A stretch of DNA of 64,000 bases from Planctomycetota bacterium. Lineage in GTDB: Bacteria; Planctomycetota; UBA1135; UBA2386. The translations under genes and the position numbers were made by a program. The DNA is taken from contig OZ245006.1 of NCBI GenBank assembly GCA_965223545.1, positions 2,944,001-3,008,000 of the forward strand, read 5' to 3'. Shown here one piece after another: positions 28,254 through 37,650 of the stretch (position 1 is its first letter; each line of letters opens with the position of its first letter). The notes below the pieces were generated by a model. The model did no database searches. It was not told the origin of the DNA and was given only the letters and a program-made list of their open reading frames with translations.

Positions 28254-31200
28254 AGCGTCGGCGTGTCCAAACCGGTGAGGGGGCCGCCGCTGGCAGAACC
28301 GGAGCTCGACCGCAGGGTGCCGACGTCGTGCAGAGCGCCGGTCGCGCTATCGCTGAAATCCGGACCCGAGTGGCACTGCGCGCACCCCAGGCTGGAGAAC
28401 AGGGTTCGACCGCGCGCCCCGGCCGCGGTGAGGGCACCACCGGGGTCGCGGTGCGGACTCCGCCCGAAGGTCACCAGCGAGGAGACGTAGGCGCTGAGCG
28501 CGTCGAGCTCCGGGCTCAGACCGGCCTTCGGATGGCCGAGCGGCTGCGCGACGGTCGCGCTGTAGCGGGCGTTGGTCATGAAACCGGTGCCGCCGAACGG
28601 ACCGCGGATGTCGTTCTCGAAGTCCTGGATCTCGTCGAAGTTGGCGGTCCAGTGCACGTTGCCCTGCGCGGTCCCCGCGTGACCGCGCAGCGAGATCGTG
28701 TTGCGCAAGCCCTCGCCGCGATCGGTGAAGTCCCAGACCTGACCGTCGTCCCCGCCGTCGAGGTGGCAGCTGGCACAGCTGATGTATCCGTCCTCGTTCA
28801 TCCGCGGGTCAGCGGCGTTGTAGAAGATCTGCTTGCCCAGCAAGACCTCGGCCGACAACCGCTCGCGCGCCACGACCTTGACGCTGGCCAGCGCCGGCAT
28901 GCTGAAGTCGGTCGAGCTCGTCACGCCACTGACGTCGTAGACCGCCAAGCTGCGCGACATGAAGTTGTGCACGTACAACCGGCTGCCGTCGGCGCTGATC
29001 ACCAGGCCATCCGGTGCCAGCCCCGTGCCGTCCACTCCCGCGACGATCGCGCCGCTGTACACGTCGCGGACGTCGACCGCATTCGACCCCTGCAGCACGT
29101 GGAAGGCGTAGTCCCCCAGCGGACTGAAGGCGACCGCCGCCGCCAGGTCGCGGTCGTTGAAGTCGACGCGGGCGGCGAGGTCTTCGGCGTTCGCCACCAA
29201 GTCGATCTGCGAGGCGATGGTCCGCACCGTGCTCTCGAAGGTCAGCACCTCGCCGCTGCGCCACATGCCCCGCGCCGTGTTGTCCTTCTTCGACGGCACC
29301 CAGAGCCGGCGACCGTCCGGCGAAACAGTGCAGCTGCGCAGGTAGTTCGGCTGTCCCCGTCCACCGGCTTCGGTGTCCGGGCCCGGGTCGAACGCCAAGT
29401 CGTGCGTGGCGACGCGACGTCGCTGCGCGGCCGAGATCTCGTAGACCTCCCCCACGGGAGCATCGAGGGGATGGCGCCCCGATCGGAAGCGGGTCACGAA
29501 CACGCGCTCCGAGTCCGCTGCGACCGCCAAACCCTTGGGTTCCGGACCGACAGCGATCTGGCCGAGCACGGTCCGCGCCACCGGGTCGATCAGCGCGACA
29601 CGGCCCACCGCCGACAGACTGACGTACGCCGCACTGCCGTCCGGACTCATGCAGACCCCGAACGGAGCCGACCCCACCGGCAGGTCGATCCGCGCCTGTC
29701 GCTCACCACGGTTCGGGTCCAACACGAGCACGACCGCGTCCTCTTCGCACACGACCCAGATCGTGCCATCGCTCGCCTGCGCCAGGGTCCGTGGGTGACG
29801 GTCGACACCGACTTCGAACACGACACCGAAGGTGTCGGCGTCGATCGCGGTGACCGTGTCGTTGTCGGCGTTGACACACCAGACCCGGCGGCGCACCTCG
29901 TCCATCACGACCGTGCTCGACCGGGTCGGCTCCACGGCGGTCACCGGCTCGTGCACGGTAGCCAAGAACGAATCGGTCGCCGTCAGCGTGCCGTTGGTCG
30001 CGGTGACCACGACCGAGTAATGGCCGGCGGCGCCATAGGTGTGCGCGGCGGCCGTCGCGGTGGACAGTGGCGTCGCCGGCGTTCCGTCGCCGAAATCCCA
30101 CGAGAACCGCAGCGTGCCGGGGCCGCTCGCCGCCGACACATCGAAGGCCACCGACTGGCCCGGCTGGTGTGGAGGCACGGCGGCCGCCTGCACGTTGACC
30201 GCGGCCAGCGTCCCGCCGGTCGAGAAACGGCTGCGGAACGCCACCGCGGTCGGGTTTCCCGACCAGTCTCGCAAGCCGCCGGCCGGCACCTCGACGAGAT
30301 AGGTCGTATCCGTCTCCAGCGGTTCCGAAGGCGAGAAGTTGACGATGCCGAACTGGTTCGAGAAGCTGCCGGACAGCGGCGCTCCGCCGACCGGGCGCAC
30401 GATGAACGCACTGGGGTCGATCGAGTCGAAGTCGATCAGATCCGACATCGTCAGCCCCACGCGACTGGTGATCGCCTGCCCCACCGAGTTGTCGGCCGGC
30501 ACCACCATGGTGACCGCCGGACCCGTGCTGTCCGGCAGCGACGCATGCGGAATGATCTGCGTGCCGAATCCCTGGTCATCGCCCAGCAACGCCAGGTTGC
30601 CCGCGACCGTGACCCAGTCGATGTCGCCGCCCGAGTTGACCACGCGCGCGGTGCCCACCGTGCGATAGTCGGCCGGATCCGAGACGTCGATCTTCACGTA
30701 GCTGGTGGATGCCGCCACGTGCGCGAACCCGTCCTGTACGACGGCGGATCCGCCCCGCGAGGGCAGCGGCTCCTCGTTGATCATCGGAAACCCCGGCACG
30801 GCCAAGTCGTGCACGCGAAACACACCGTTGCCGCCGGTCGGCGACGACACCGGTCCGCTGACCGCTGGAATGAGCAGCTTGTTGCCGTTCAGCTGCGCCC
30901 CGTACGGGATCGGCGTGTTGGCACTGGCTTGCAGCAGGACGGGATCGACCGGGTCACTGATGTCGAAACGCGCAAAGCCGGAGCCGCCGTCCGAGTTGGT
31001 GGCGATCAGCAGGTTGCCCACCACCAAGGTGTTGACGACGTTGAACCCGCCGGTCTCGCTCTTCGGCAAGTGCGCGGCGACCACCGGGCGGCGCGGATCG
31101 CTGGCGTCGACAACGTAGAGCCCGAGACTGCCAGCGCCGCAGTACACGTAGGGCGCCTGGTAGAACATCCAGAACAGGCCGGTCGCGTAACCACCCGGAA

Positions 31201-31651
31201 CCCCTGGGATGTCATAGGCAACCAAGCGACTCGGGGAGTGAATGTCGGTCCAGTCCCAGATCCCGATCCCCGTGCCGCCGAGACCACCTGGACCGCGCAG
31301 CAAGATGACGTGCTTGCCGCCGTAGGCAGTCGTCTGCGCGAACGTGTGCGGCTCGCTCAGATCCCCCATCCCCGACGTGATCGATGTGACCAACTCGGGG
31401 CGGTAGGGGTTGGACAGGTCGTAGAACTCGACTCCGCCCGGCGCGTAGCGGACGACCGCGAGGTAGCCGTCGTGCAACAGCGAGTGGCCGTGGTTGGTCG
31501 ATCCGCCCCCCGGCTGACCGATGGTGGCGATCACGCGGAACAGCTCGCTGGCGTCGTAGAACCGTTGCGGCAGTCCGGGTCCGGATTGCGCGGCCAAACT
31601 GACGGCGAGGACCGTGGAGAGAAGAACGCCGCGGAGCGGGACACGTTGCAT
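28070..31651 (-). CDS. Secreted multidomain di-heme c protein (propeller, Ig-like, PKD, YVTN propeller, cytochrome c peroxidase/MauG-like domain)
   Basis: GGAGG RBS, signal peptide, PKD WDFGDG, CASCH and CAQCH heme motifs, TPTLRGLWATAPYLHDGSA. Confidence 0.85.
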   Translation of the reverse strand: MQRVPLRGVLLSTVLAVSLAAQSGPGLPQRFYDASELFRVIATIGQPGGGSTNHGHSLLHDGYLAVVRYAPGGVEFYDLSNPYRPELVTSITSGMGDLSEPHTFAQTTAYGGKHVILLRGPGGLGGTGIGIWDWTDIHSPSRLVAYDIPGVPGGYATGLFWMFYQAPYVYCGAGSLGLYVVDASDPRRPVVAAHLPKSETGGFNVVNTLVVGNLLIATNSDGGSGFARFDISDPVDPVLLQASANTPIPYGAQLNGNKLLIPAVSGPVSSPTGGNGVFRVHDLAVPGFPMINEEPLPSRGGSAVVQDGFAHVAASTSYVKIDVSDPADYRTVGTARVVNSGGDIDWVTVAGNLALLGDDQGFGTQIIPHASLPDSTGPAVTMVVPADNSVGQAITSRVGLTMSDLIDFDSIDPSAFIVRPVGGAPLSGSFSNQFGIVNFSPSEPLETDTTYLVEVPAGGLRDWSGNPTAVAFRSRFSTGGTLAAVNVQAAAVPPHQPGQSVAFDVSAASGPGTLRFSWDFGDGTPATPLSTATAAAHTYGAAGHYSVVVTATNGTLTATDSFLATVHEPVTAVEPTRSSTVVMDEVRRRVWCVNADNDTVTAIDADTFGVVFEVGVDRHPRTLAQASDGTIWVVCEEDAVVLVLDPNRGERQARIDLPVGSAPFGVCMSPDGSAAYVSLSAVGRVALIDPVARTVLGQIAVGPEPKGLAVAADSERVFVTRFRSGRHPLDAPVGEVYEISAAQRRRVATHDLAFDPGPDTEAGGRGQPNYLRSCTVSPDGRRLWVPSKKDNTARGMWRSGEVLTFESTVRTIASQIDLVANAEDLAARVDFNDRDLAAAVAFSPLGDYAFHVLQGSNAVDVRDVYSGAIVAGVDGTGLAPDGLVISADGSRLYVHNFMSRSLAVYDVSGVTSSTDFSMPALASVKVVARERLSAEVLLGKQIFYNAADPRMNEDGYISCASCHLDGGDDGQVWDFTDRGEGLRNTISLRGHAGTAQGNVHWTANFDEIQDFENDIRGPFGGTGFMTNARYSATVAQPLGHPKAGLSPELDALSAYVSSLVTFGRSPHRDPGGALTAAGARGRTLFSSLGCAQCHSGPDFSDSATGALHDVGTLRSSSGSASGGPLTGLDTPTLRGLWATAPYLHDGSAPTLMHVIRDRNKNGRHGAMAALNVKQLHDLVAYLQQIDDLEPAPR

Positions 31652-31771
31652 CGACACCTCCGGAACCGATTGGACGAGATGGCGCGGACCGCGTGAGCAT
31701 AACCGCGTTTTGCGAGGCGCTCCGGCGATGTCCGTGCGCTGCCCCGCAAACCCCCCGCTACACTGCACGGC

Positions 31772-33139
31772 GTGAGCCACCTGCCAACGACGTCGAGGCC
31801 TCTCATCGCTGCCGCGAGCGCCGTCCTGCTGCTGTCCACGTCCATCGCGGCGCAAGCGGCGACGGCGGCGTTCTTCGACGAGATCCAGCAGATGCCGCCG
31901 GGCGGATCGATCGGCGAATGGACGGTCGGCGGCGTCCAGTTCACGTTCGAAGAGCTCACCGAGCTGGACCCACGCAACCCAGCGCGCGCCGGGGCGCTCG
32001 CCGATGTCGAGTTCTTCATGCGCGACGGCCAGGCCGTGGCCACCCTCATCGCGCCCCACCGCACATCGATCGAGGACATCGTCGACGGCCCGCACGTGTT
32101 CTGGCGAGAGGATGGCGCCGAAGCGTGGTCATTTGGCGACGGTGAGGTCCGCCGGCAGCGACTCGCGCCGCGAGACGACGGCCACGTGCTCCAGCTGAAC
32201 GGCAGTCCGGAGGGGACCGTGCGCGTCACACCGGCGCCGCCGGCGGTGCCGGATTGGTCGTACTCCGCGCCTGGCAAGCTCCTGGCCGTCAGCGATCTCG
32301 AGGGGAACCACGACGCGCTGCGCGCGTTCTTGGCCGGCAACGGGGTGATCGACGAGGATGGCCACTGGGCGTTCGGCGACGGCCACCTGCTGTTCAATGG
32401 CGACACCTTCGACCGCGGCGCGCAGGTGACCGAAACGCTCTGGCTAGTGCTCCGGCTCGAGCGCGAAGCGCTGGCCGCGGGTGGACGTGTCCACTACGTG
32501 CTGGGCAACCACGAGGTCATGGTGATGGGGGGCGATCTGCGCTACATCCACCGGCGCTACCGCATGCTGTGCCGGCGCTATGGGGTCCGCTACGACGCGT
32601 TGTACGGCGCCGACAGTCATGTCGGGCGGTGGCTGCGCACGCGCAACACGATCATCCGCATCGGCCGGCTTCTGTTCGTGCACGCCGGCTACTCACCCGC
32701 GGTCGATCGCTTGCAGCTGTCGCCCGGCGACATCAACACGGCGATCCGCAGCACCCTCGGTCGGTCGCGGGCCCAGGCCACGAACCTCGCCGAGAGCTTG
32801 AGCTGGAGTCGCCCCGGACCCCTTTGGTACCGCGGCTACTTTCCCGAACACGCGGACGAGTTCGGCGCCTTCCCGACCGACGCCGAGTTGACCGCAATGC
32901 TCGAACGCCACGAGATCGACCACATCGTCGTCGGCCACACCCTGGTGCCGGACGTCGGCTGGCTCGATCGAGGCCGCAGACTCATCGGCATCGACGTCCC
33001 CTGGGCATCGCCGGGCGAAGCAGAAGGGCTGCTGTACACCGCGGACGGGCTGTGGCGGATCGATGCTCGTGGAGTCCGCAGAGAGCTTGCCGTGGTCGGC
33101 ACTGCTGGCAGCCTGTCCCGGTCCAAGGAGTCGGGATAG
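31772..33139 (+). CDS. Secreted metallophosphoesterase (Shewanella-like phosphatase type)
   Basis: SDLEG, GDTFDRG, GNHE, HAG, GPLWYRG, GHT motifs. Confidence 0.88.
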   Translation: MSHLPTTSRPLIAAASAVLLLSTSIAAQAATAAFFDEIQQMPPGGSIGEWTVGGVQFTFEELTELDPRNPARAGALADVEFFMRDGQAVATLIAPHRTSIEDIVDGPHVFWREDGAEAWSFGDGEVRRQRLAPRDDGHVLQLNGSPEGTVRVTPAPPAVPDWSYSAPGKLLAVSDLEGNHDALRAFLAGNGVIDEDGHWAFGDGHLLFNGDTFDRGAQVTETLWLVLRLEREALAAGGRVHYVLGNHEVMVMGGDLRYIHRRYRMLCRRYGVRYDALYGADSHVGRWLRTRNTIIRIGRLLFVHAGYSPAVDRLQLSPGDINTAIRSTLGRSRAQATNLAESLSWSRPGPLWYRGYFPEHADEFGAFPTDAELTAMLERHEIDHIVVGHTLVPDVGWLDRGRRLIGIDVPWASPGEAEGLLYTADGLWRIDARGVRRELAVVGTAGSLSRSKESG

Positions 33140-33150
33140 CATCCCCAGCG

Positions 33151-34236
33151 ATGCCGTCGACCACCGCCGACCGCGCGCGCTGGGGGCGCGAGCTCGCCCT
33201 GTGGTGGGACTACTACAACACGCTGTACGCTGAGGGTCGCATGCGGCCGCCGGTCGTGCGGGTGTCGGTAGTTGCGACGGAACATCTCGGCACCTGGCAA
33301 GCGTCGACGCGGACGCTGACCATCGCCGCGACGCACATCGAATCCGCATCCTGGATGCAGGTCATGGAGACGCTGCGCCACGAGATGGCGCATCAGTACG
33401 CCGACGAGGTCCTCGGCGCCGCGGACGAGACGCCGCACGGCCCGTCGTTTCGACGGGCGGCCGCGATCCTGCGCGCGGATTCCAGCGCGGCGGACGCCGG
33501 CCAACCGTCATCCTACGCCGCAATGTCGGGTGAGACGGCGCCGTCGCGCATCGCGCGGCGTGTGCAGAAGCTGCTGTCGCTGGGCGACAGCCCAAACCAA
33601 AACGAAGCCGAAGCCGCCCTCGCCAAGGCCCGCGAGCTGCTGCTCCGCTACAACGTCGACACGGTCGCGGACGGCGACCCCGCGGCGTACGGCGTGCGCT
33701 GGCTCGGACCGGTCAAGCAGCGCCATCCGCTGTGGGAGCAGCTCCTTGCCGGGTTGCTCGCCGAGTTCTTCTTCGTGCAGGTGATTTGGGTGCACACCTA
33801 CGACGCGCGGCGACAGACGAGCGGCTCGGTTCTCGAGATGGCGGGCACCGAGAGCAATCTGCAGATGGCCGACTACGTCTACGGCTACCTCACGCACGTC
33901 GTCGAGCAGCTCTGGAACGAGTACCGCGCACGGCGCGGGTTGCGCGGCAACCGCGAGCGCATGCGCTTCTACGCCGGGGTGCTGCGTGGCTTCGCCGAAA
34001 CCATGCGCGCGCGCGATCGCAGCCTGCGCACCGAGCATGCCCTGGTTTGGCGCGGCGACGGCGCACTCACCGCGTGGCTCCGCCGCCGGCACCCGCACAC
34101 GCGCACCGGATCGGTCGGGGCGACCACGGCGACGCAGGCCTACCGAGACGGAGTCGAGCAGGGGCGCAAGGTCGAGCTGCGCCGCCCGCTGCGCGGCGAC
34201 GGCGACTCCCGCATCGCGGGCTATCTCGGCGGCTGA
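33151..34236 (+). CDS. SprT-like zinc metalloprotease with DUF2786-like domain
   Basis: HEMAH...PHG and KLLSLGDSPNQNEAEAALAKARELLLRYN. Confidence 0.8.
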   Translation: MPSTTADRARWGRELALWWDYYNTLYAEGRMRPPVVRVSVVATEHLGTWQASTRTLTIAATHIESASWMQVMETLRHEMAHQYADEVLGAADETPHGPSFRRAAAILRADSSAADAGQPSSYAAMSGETAPSRIARRVQKLLSLGDSPNQNEAEAALAKARELLLRYNVDTVADGDPAAYGVRWLGPVKQRHPLWEQLLAGLLAEFFFVQVIWVHTYDARRQTSGSVLEMAGTESNLQMADYVYGYLTHVVEQLWNEYRARRGLRGNRERMRFYAGVLRGFAETMRARDRSLRTEHALVWRGDGALTAWLRRRHPHTRTGSVGATTATQAYRDGVEQGRKVELRRPLRGDGDSRIAGYLGG

Positions 34237-34303
34237 AGCGGGGACGCCCCCCCGCGCGGGTGACCCTGGAACCCTTGGCGCCGGTCCGGCATTGTTCGCA
34301 CGC

Positions 34304-35071
34304 ATGCGAGAACGCGTTCTGCTCACCGGAGCGTCGTCGGGCATCGGACTGGAGCTCGCCAAGTGCTTTGCCGCCGAGGGCTGTGACGTCGTGATCGTCG
34401 CGCGTCGCGCCGAGCGGTTGCTGTGGCTGGCCGAGGAGCTAAAGGGCAGCTACGGCGTCGACGCGACCGTGTTGACCGAAGACCTCGCCGACCGCGAGGC
34501 GCCCGCCCGGCTCGCCGCCGCCCTCGAGTCGCAGGACAAGCCGATCGACGTCGTCGTCAACAACGCCGGCTTCGGCATGCGCGGCCGATTCCACGAGCTC
34601 AGCCTCGATCGGCAGCTGGCCATGCTGCAGCTGAACATCACCTCGCTCGTCGAGCTCACCCACCGGCTGTTGGCGGGGATCCACAGTCGAGGCCGCGGCG
34701 GCGTGCTCAACGTGGCCTCCACTGCGGCGTTTCAGCCAGGTCCGAACATGGCGGTCTACTACGCCAGCAAGGCGTTCGTGCTGTCGTTCACCGAAGCGGT
34801 GCGCGAAGGGCTGCGCGACAGCGGCCTGCACATCTGCTGCCTCTGCCCCGGTCCGACGAAGAGCGAGTTCGCCGAGCTCGCCGACATGGACGACAGCAGA
34901 CTCTTCCGGCGCGGGGCGATGACCGCCGCGGACGTCGCCCGCGCCGGCCACCGGGGCTACCGCGCAAACCGAGCCGTGACCGTGCCCGGGCTCGCCAACA
35001 AGCTCGGCGCGCAGGCGTCGCGGCTGTTGCCCCGCGCGCTCATGCGACGGCTCGTCGCCCGGCTGCAGTGA
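34304..35071 (+). CDS. Short-chain dehydrogenase/reductase
   Basis: TGASSGIG, NNAGFG, YYASK. Confidence 0.92.
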   Translation: MRERVLLTGASSGIGLELAKCFAAEGCDVVIVARRAERLLWLAEELKGSYGVDATVLTEDLADREAPARLAAALESQDKPIDVVVNNAGFGMRGRFHELSLDRQLAMLQLNITSLVELTHRLLAGIHSRGRGGVLNVASTAAFQPGPNMAVYYASKAFVLSFTEAVREGLRDSGLHICCLCPGPTKSEFAELADMDDSRLFRRGAMTAADVARAGHRGYRANRAVTVPGLANKLGAQASRLLPRALMRRLVARLQ

Positions 35072-35091
35072 CCGGGCGCCGAGCGCTTTGC

Positions 35092-36660
35092 TCAGCGGTA
35101 GTACACGCTGGTCGTGTCCAGAGCCGCGGCACCGGTGGTGGCACCGCCGAACAAGAACAGCTCGCCCTGCGGCGACTCCCACGGGCCGTAGGCGTTGGTC
35201 GCGACCGGGATGTTCGGGCCCGGCGTCCACAGCCCGGTGGCCGGATCCCAGATCTCGGTCGAAGCGAGCGGGTTGAGGACGATGAGGTCGCCGTTGGCAC
35301 CACCGACGGCGATCGCGTTGCCACCGGCCGCATCGAACGAGAAGTGGAAGGCCCGCTCCGTGGCCATCGAATTGGTCATCGTCCACTGCCCGGTCGCGAT
35401 GTCGTAGACCTCGGCCGTCTTGGTGACGCGACCGTTGGGGTTGGCCTGGTCGATGAGGTCTCCGCCGCCGTTGACCAGCACGCTGTTGCCGACCTTGTGC
35501 GCGCCGAACGCCGCGCGCGGCACGTTCATCGAGTTGGTCGGCGTGAACGTGTTCGCCACCTCGTCATAGATCTCACACACGGGGTAGACGAGCGGGATCA
35601 CCCCGAAGGTGGGGTGCACGAACGGCCCGACGCCACCAGCGACCAAGTGCTTGCCGCCACCGAGGTCCACGGTCTCGAACGTCGCCCGCGGCACCGCCAT
35701 GTTGGGGCCAGGGCTCCAGGTGTTGGTCACCGGATCGTAGATCTCGGTGGTGTTGGTCGCCGACGTCAAGATCGTCGCAATCGTGCCGATGGTCGTGTGG
35801 GTGAAGCCACCCATCACGATCACCGTGCCATCAGGGCGCTTGATCCGCCGATATGCCGCGCGCGGCGTGCTCATCGACGCCACCGGGGCGAACTGCTCGG
35901 TCACCGGGTCGTAGGTCTCGGCGCTCGCCTGTGCGACCTGACCGAGGCCGAGGCCGCCCGCCAGCAGATAGCGTCCATCATCGAGCTTCTGCGCCCGATA
36001 CAACGACCGCGCCGCGCTCATCACCGTGATGGGCATGGTCCAAGTCCGGGTCACCGGATCGAAGCGCTCGATCGTGTCGGTGGTCACCTGGGCCAACACG
36101 GGCCCCTGACCACCGCCGGCCAGCGTGATCGAGCCGTCGGCATTCTCGAGGGGCTCGGCGAAACTCCGGGCCAGGGTCAGGGTGGCAGCGCTGAGGAACG
36201 AGTTGGCCGCGGCAAAGCGAATGGCGACGCCGTTGCTGATGTTGTTCACCAGGAAGCCAGGGCTGCCGGATCCGGGAAAGTCCACGCCCTGGAAGTAGAG
36301 CGTGCGACCGATGAACGACGCGTTCGCGGTCGGCACCGCCGGCGTGACGAAGTTGTTGTTGGGCGGCAGATACACACCCACCAGAGAGAAGCCGAGCGAC
36401 TCGGTGCCGACGCGCAGTGAGCGCGGATCGTTGGGATCGACGATCGACAACGGGGTCGGCCCCGCCGAGATGCTCAACAACACTGCGCAAGGCGAACCGA
36501 CGATGCCCGTCCCCAGCTGGAAACTGATCGATCCGGGCACCGACCCCGCGGTGCCCGACGGAATGCCGCTCGGTGCGATCAGCCGCGTTTGGCCCACTGC
36601 GGAAGCAGCAACCAGCGACGCGACCAGGACTAGGGAGGTGGGGCGTGCGAGACAGAGCAT
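35092..36660 (-). CDS. Secreted kelch-repeat protein
   Basis: Signal peptide; repeated GG...EIYDP.T..W...M..PR units. Confidence 0.85.
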   Translation of the reverse strand: MLCLARPTSLVLVASLVAASAVGQTRLIAPSGIPSGTAGSVPGSISFQLGTGIVGSPCAVLLSISAGPTPLSIVDPNDPRSLRVGTESLGFSLVGVYLPPNNNFVTPAVPTANASFIGRTLYFQGVDFPGSGSPGFLVNNISNGVAIRFAAANSFLSAATLTLARSFAEPLENADGSITLAGGGQGPVLAQVTTDTIERFDPVTRTWTMPITVMSAARSLYRAQKLDDGRYLLAGGLGLGQVAQASAETYDPVTEQFAPVASMSTPRAAYRRIKRPDGTVIVMGGFTHTTIGTIATILTSATNTTEIYDPVTNTWSPGPNMAVPRATFETVDLGGGKHLVAGGVGPFVHPTFGVIPLVYPVCEIYDEVANTFTPTNSMNVPRAAFGAHKVGNSVLVNGGGDLIDQANPNGRVTKTAEVYDIATGQWTMTNSMATERAFHFSFDAAGGNAIAVGGANGDLIVLNPLASTEIWDPATGLWTPGPNIPVATNAYGPWESPQGELFLFGGATTGAAALDTTSVYYR

Positions 36661-36824
36661 GGAAATCCTTCGCTGAGCTTGGGAGCGGGACCGGAGAATG
36701 TGGCCGGCCCACTCGGCGGGGATTCTATGAGAACCAGGTCCCGAAGTGGGGCGGGGAGCGGCCGCCAACGGTTTCGGCCACCCGCTGTGTTGGCCGGGAA
36801 TCCCTGGCGCCGTAAAAGGCCGGC

Positions 36825-37634
36825 ATGCACATCGCGATCGTCGGCTGCGGCAAGCTCGGAGAGGCCATTCTCGGTGGCCTGCTCGCCTCCGGACGCGTCC
36901 CGGCTCAGGCCATCACCGCGACCACCCGGCGGGCCGAGCACGCCGAGCAGCTCGCCCGCCGCCACGGGGTCGCGACCACGACCGACAACCGCGCGGCCGT
37001 TGCCGGCGCCGACCTCGTCGTGGTCGCGGTCAAACCCGCGCGCGCCCGCACCCTGCTGCCGGAGCTCGCCGACGCACTCGACGGCAAGCTGGTCGTCTCC
37101 ACGTGCGCCGGGCTGCGCCTCGACGACTTGCGCGAATGGCTGCCGGGCAGCGACCTGGTGCGCGCCATGCCGAACACGCCCTGCACGATCCGGGAGGGCA
37201 TGACCGTGCTGACCGGTGGACCAGGAACGGACGAGAATCACATCGAGCGCGCGGCCACGATCTTCGAAGCCGTCGGCCGCTGCCTCGTGCTCGAGGAGCG
37301 CCACTTCGACGTGGTCACCGGCCTGTCGGGCAGCGGGCCCGCCTTCGCCTTCGTGATCCTCGAAGCCCTGGCCGACGGCGGCGTCATGATGGGCTTGCCG
37401 CGCGCCGCGGCCGTCGAGCTCGCGGCGCAGACCGTGCAGGGCGCCGCGCGGCTGGTGCTCGACAGCGGCCGGCATCCGGCCGCGCTGAAGGACGAGGTGA
37501 CGACTCCGGCCGGCTGCACCATCGCCGGCTTGCTGACCATGGAGGACGGCCGCATTCGCTCGACGCTGGCGCGCGCGATTCAGGAGGCGACACGCGTCGC
37601 GAGTGGCCTGGGCGACGACCCACCTTCGCGCTGA
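36825..37634 (+). CDS. proC: Pyrroline-5-carboxylate reductase
   Basis: GCGKLG, AVKP, RAMPNTP, GLSGSGPAF, VTTPAGCT. Confidence 0.95.
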   Translation: MHIAIVGCGKLGEAILGGLLASGRVPAQAITATTRRAEHAEQLARRHGVATTTDNRAAVAGADLVVVAVKPARARTLLPELADALDGKLVVSTCAGLRLDDLREWLPGSDLVRAMPNTPCTIREGMTVLTGGPGTDENHIERAATIFEAVGRCLVLEERHFDVVTGLSGSGPAFAFVILEALADGGVMMGLPRAAAVELAAQTVQGAARLVLDSGRHPAALKDEVTTPAGCTIAGLLTMEDGRIRSTLARAIQEATRVASGLGDDPPSR

Positions 37635-37650
37635 CGCGGCGGCCGTTTCG

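Noticed and set aside
28124..31696. 1190 aa plus-strand ORF, and similar long antisense ORFs (42225-45386, 10477-12573, 48253-50748, 57709-59412)
   Set aside because: They mirror well-supported genes on the opposite strand, lack motifs, and are expected in high-GC DNA with few stop codons.
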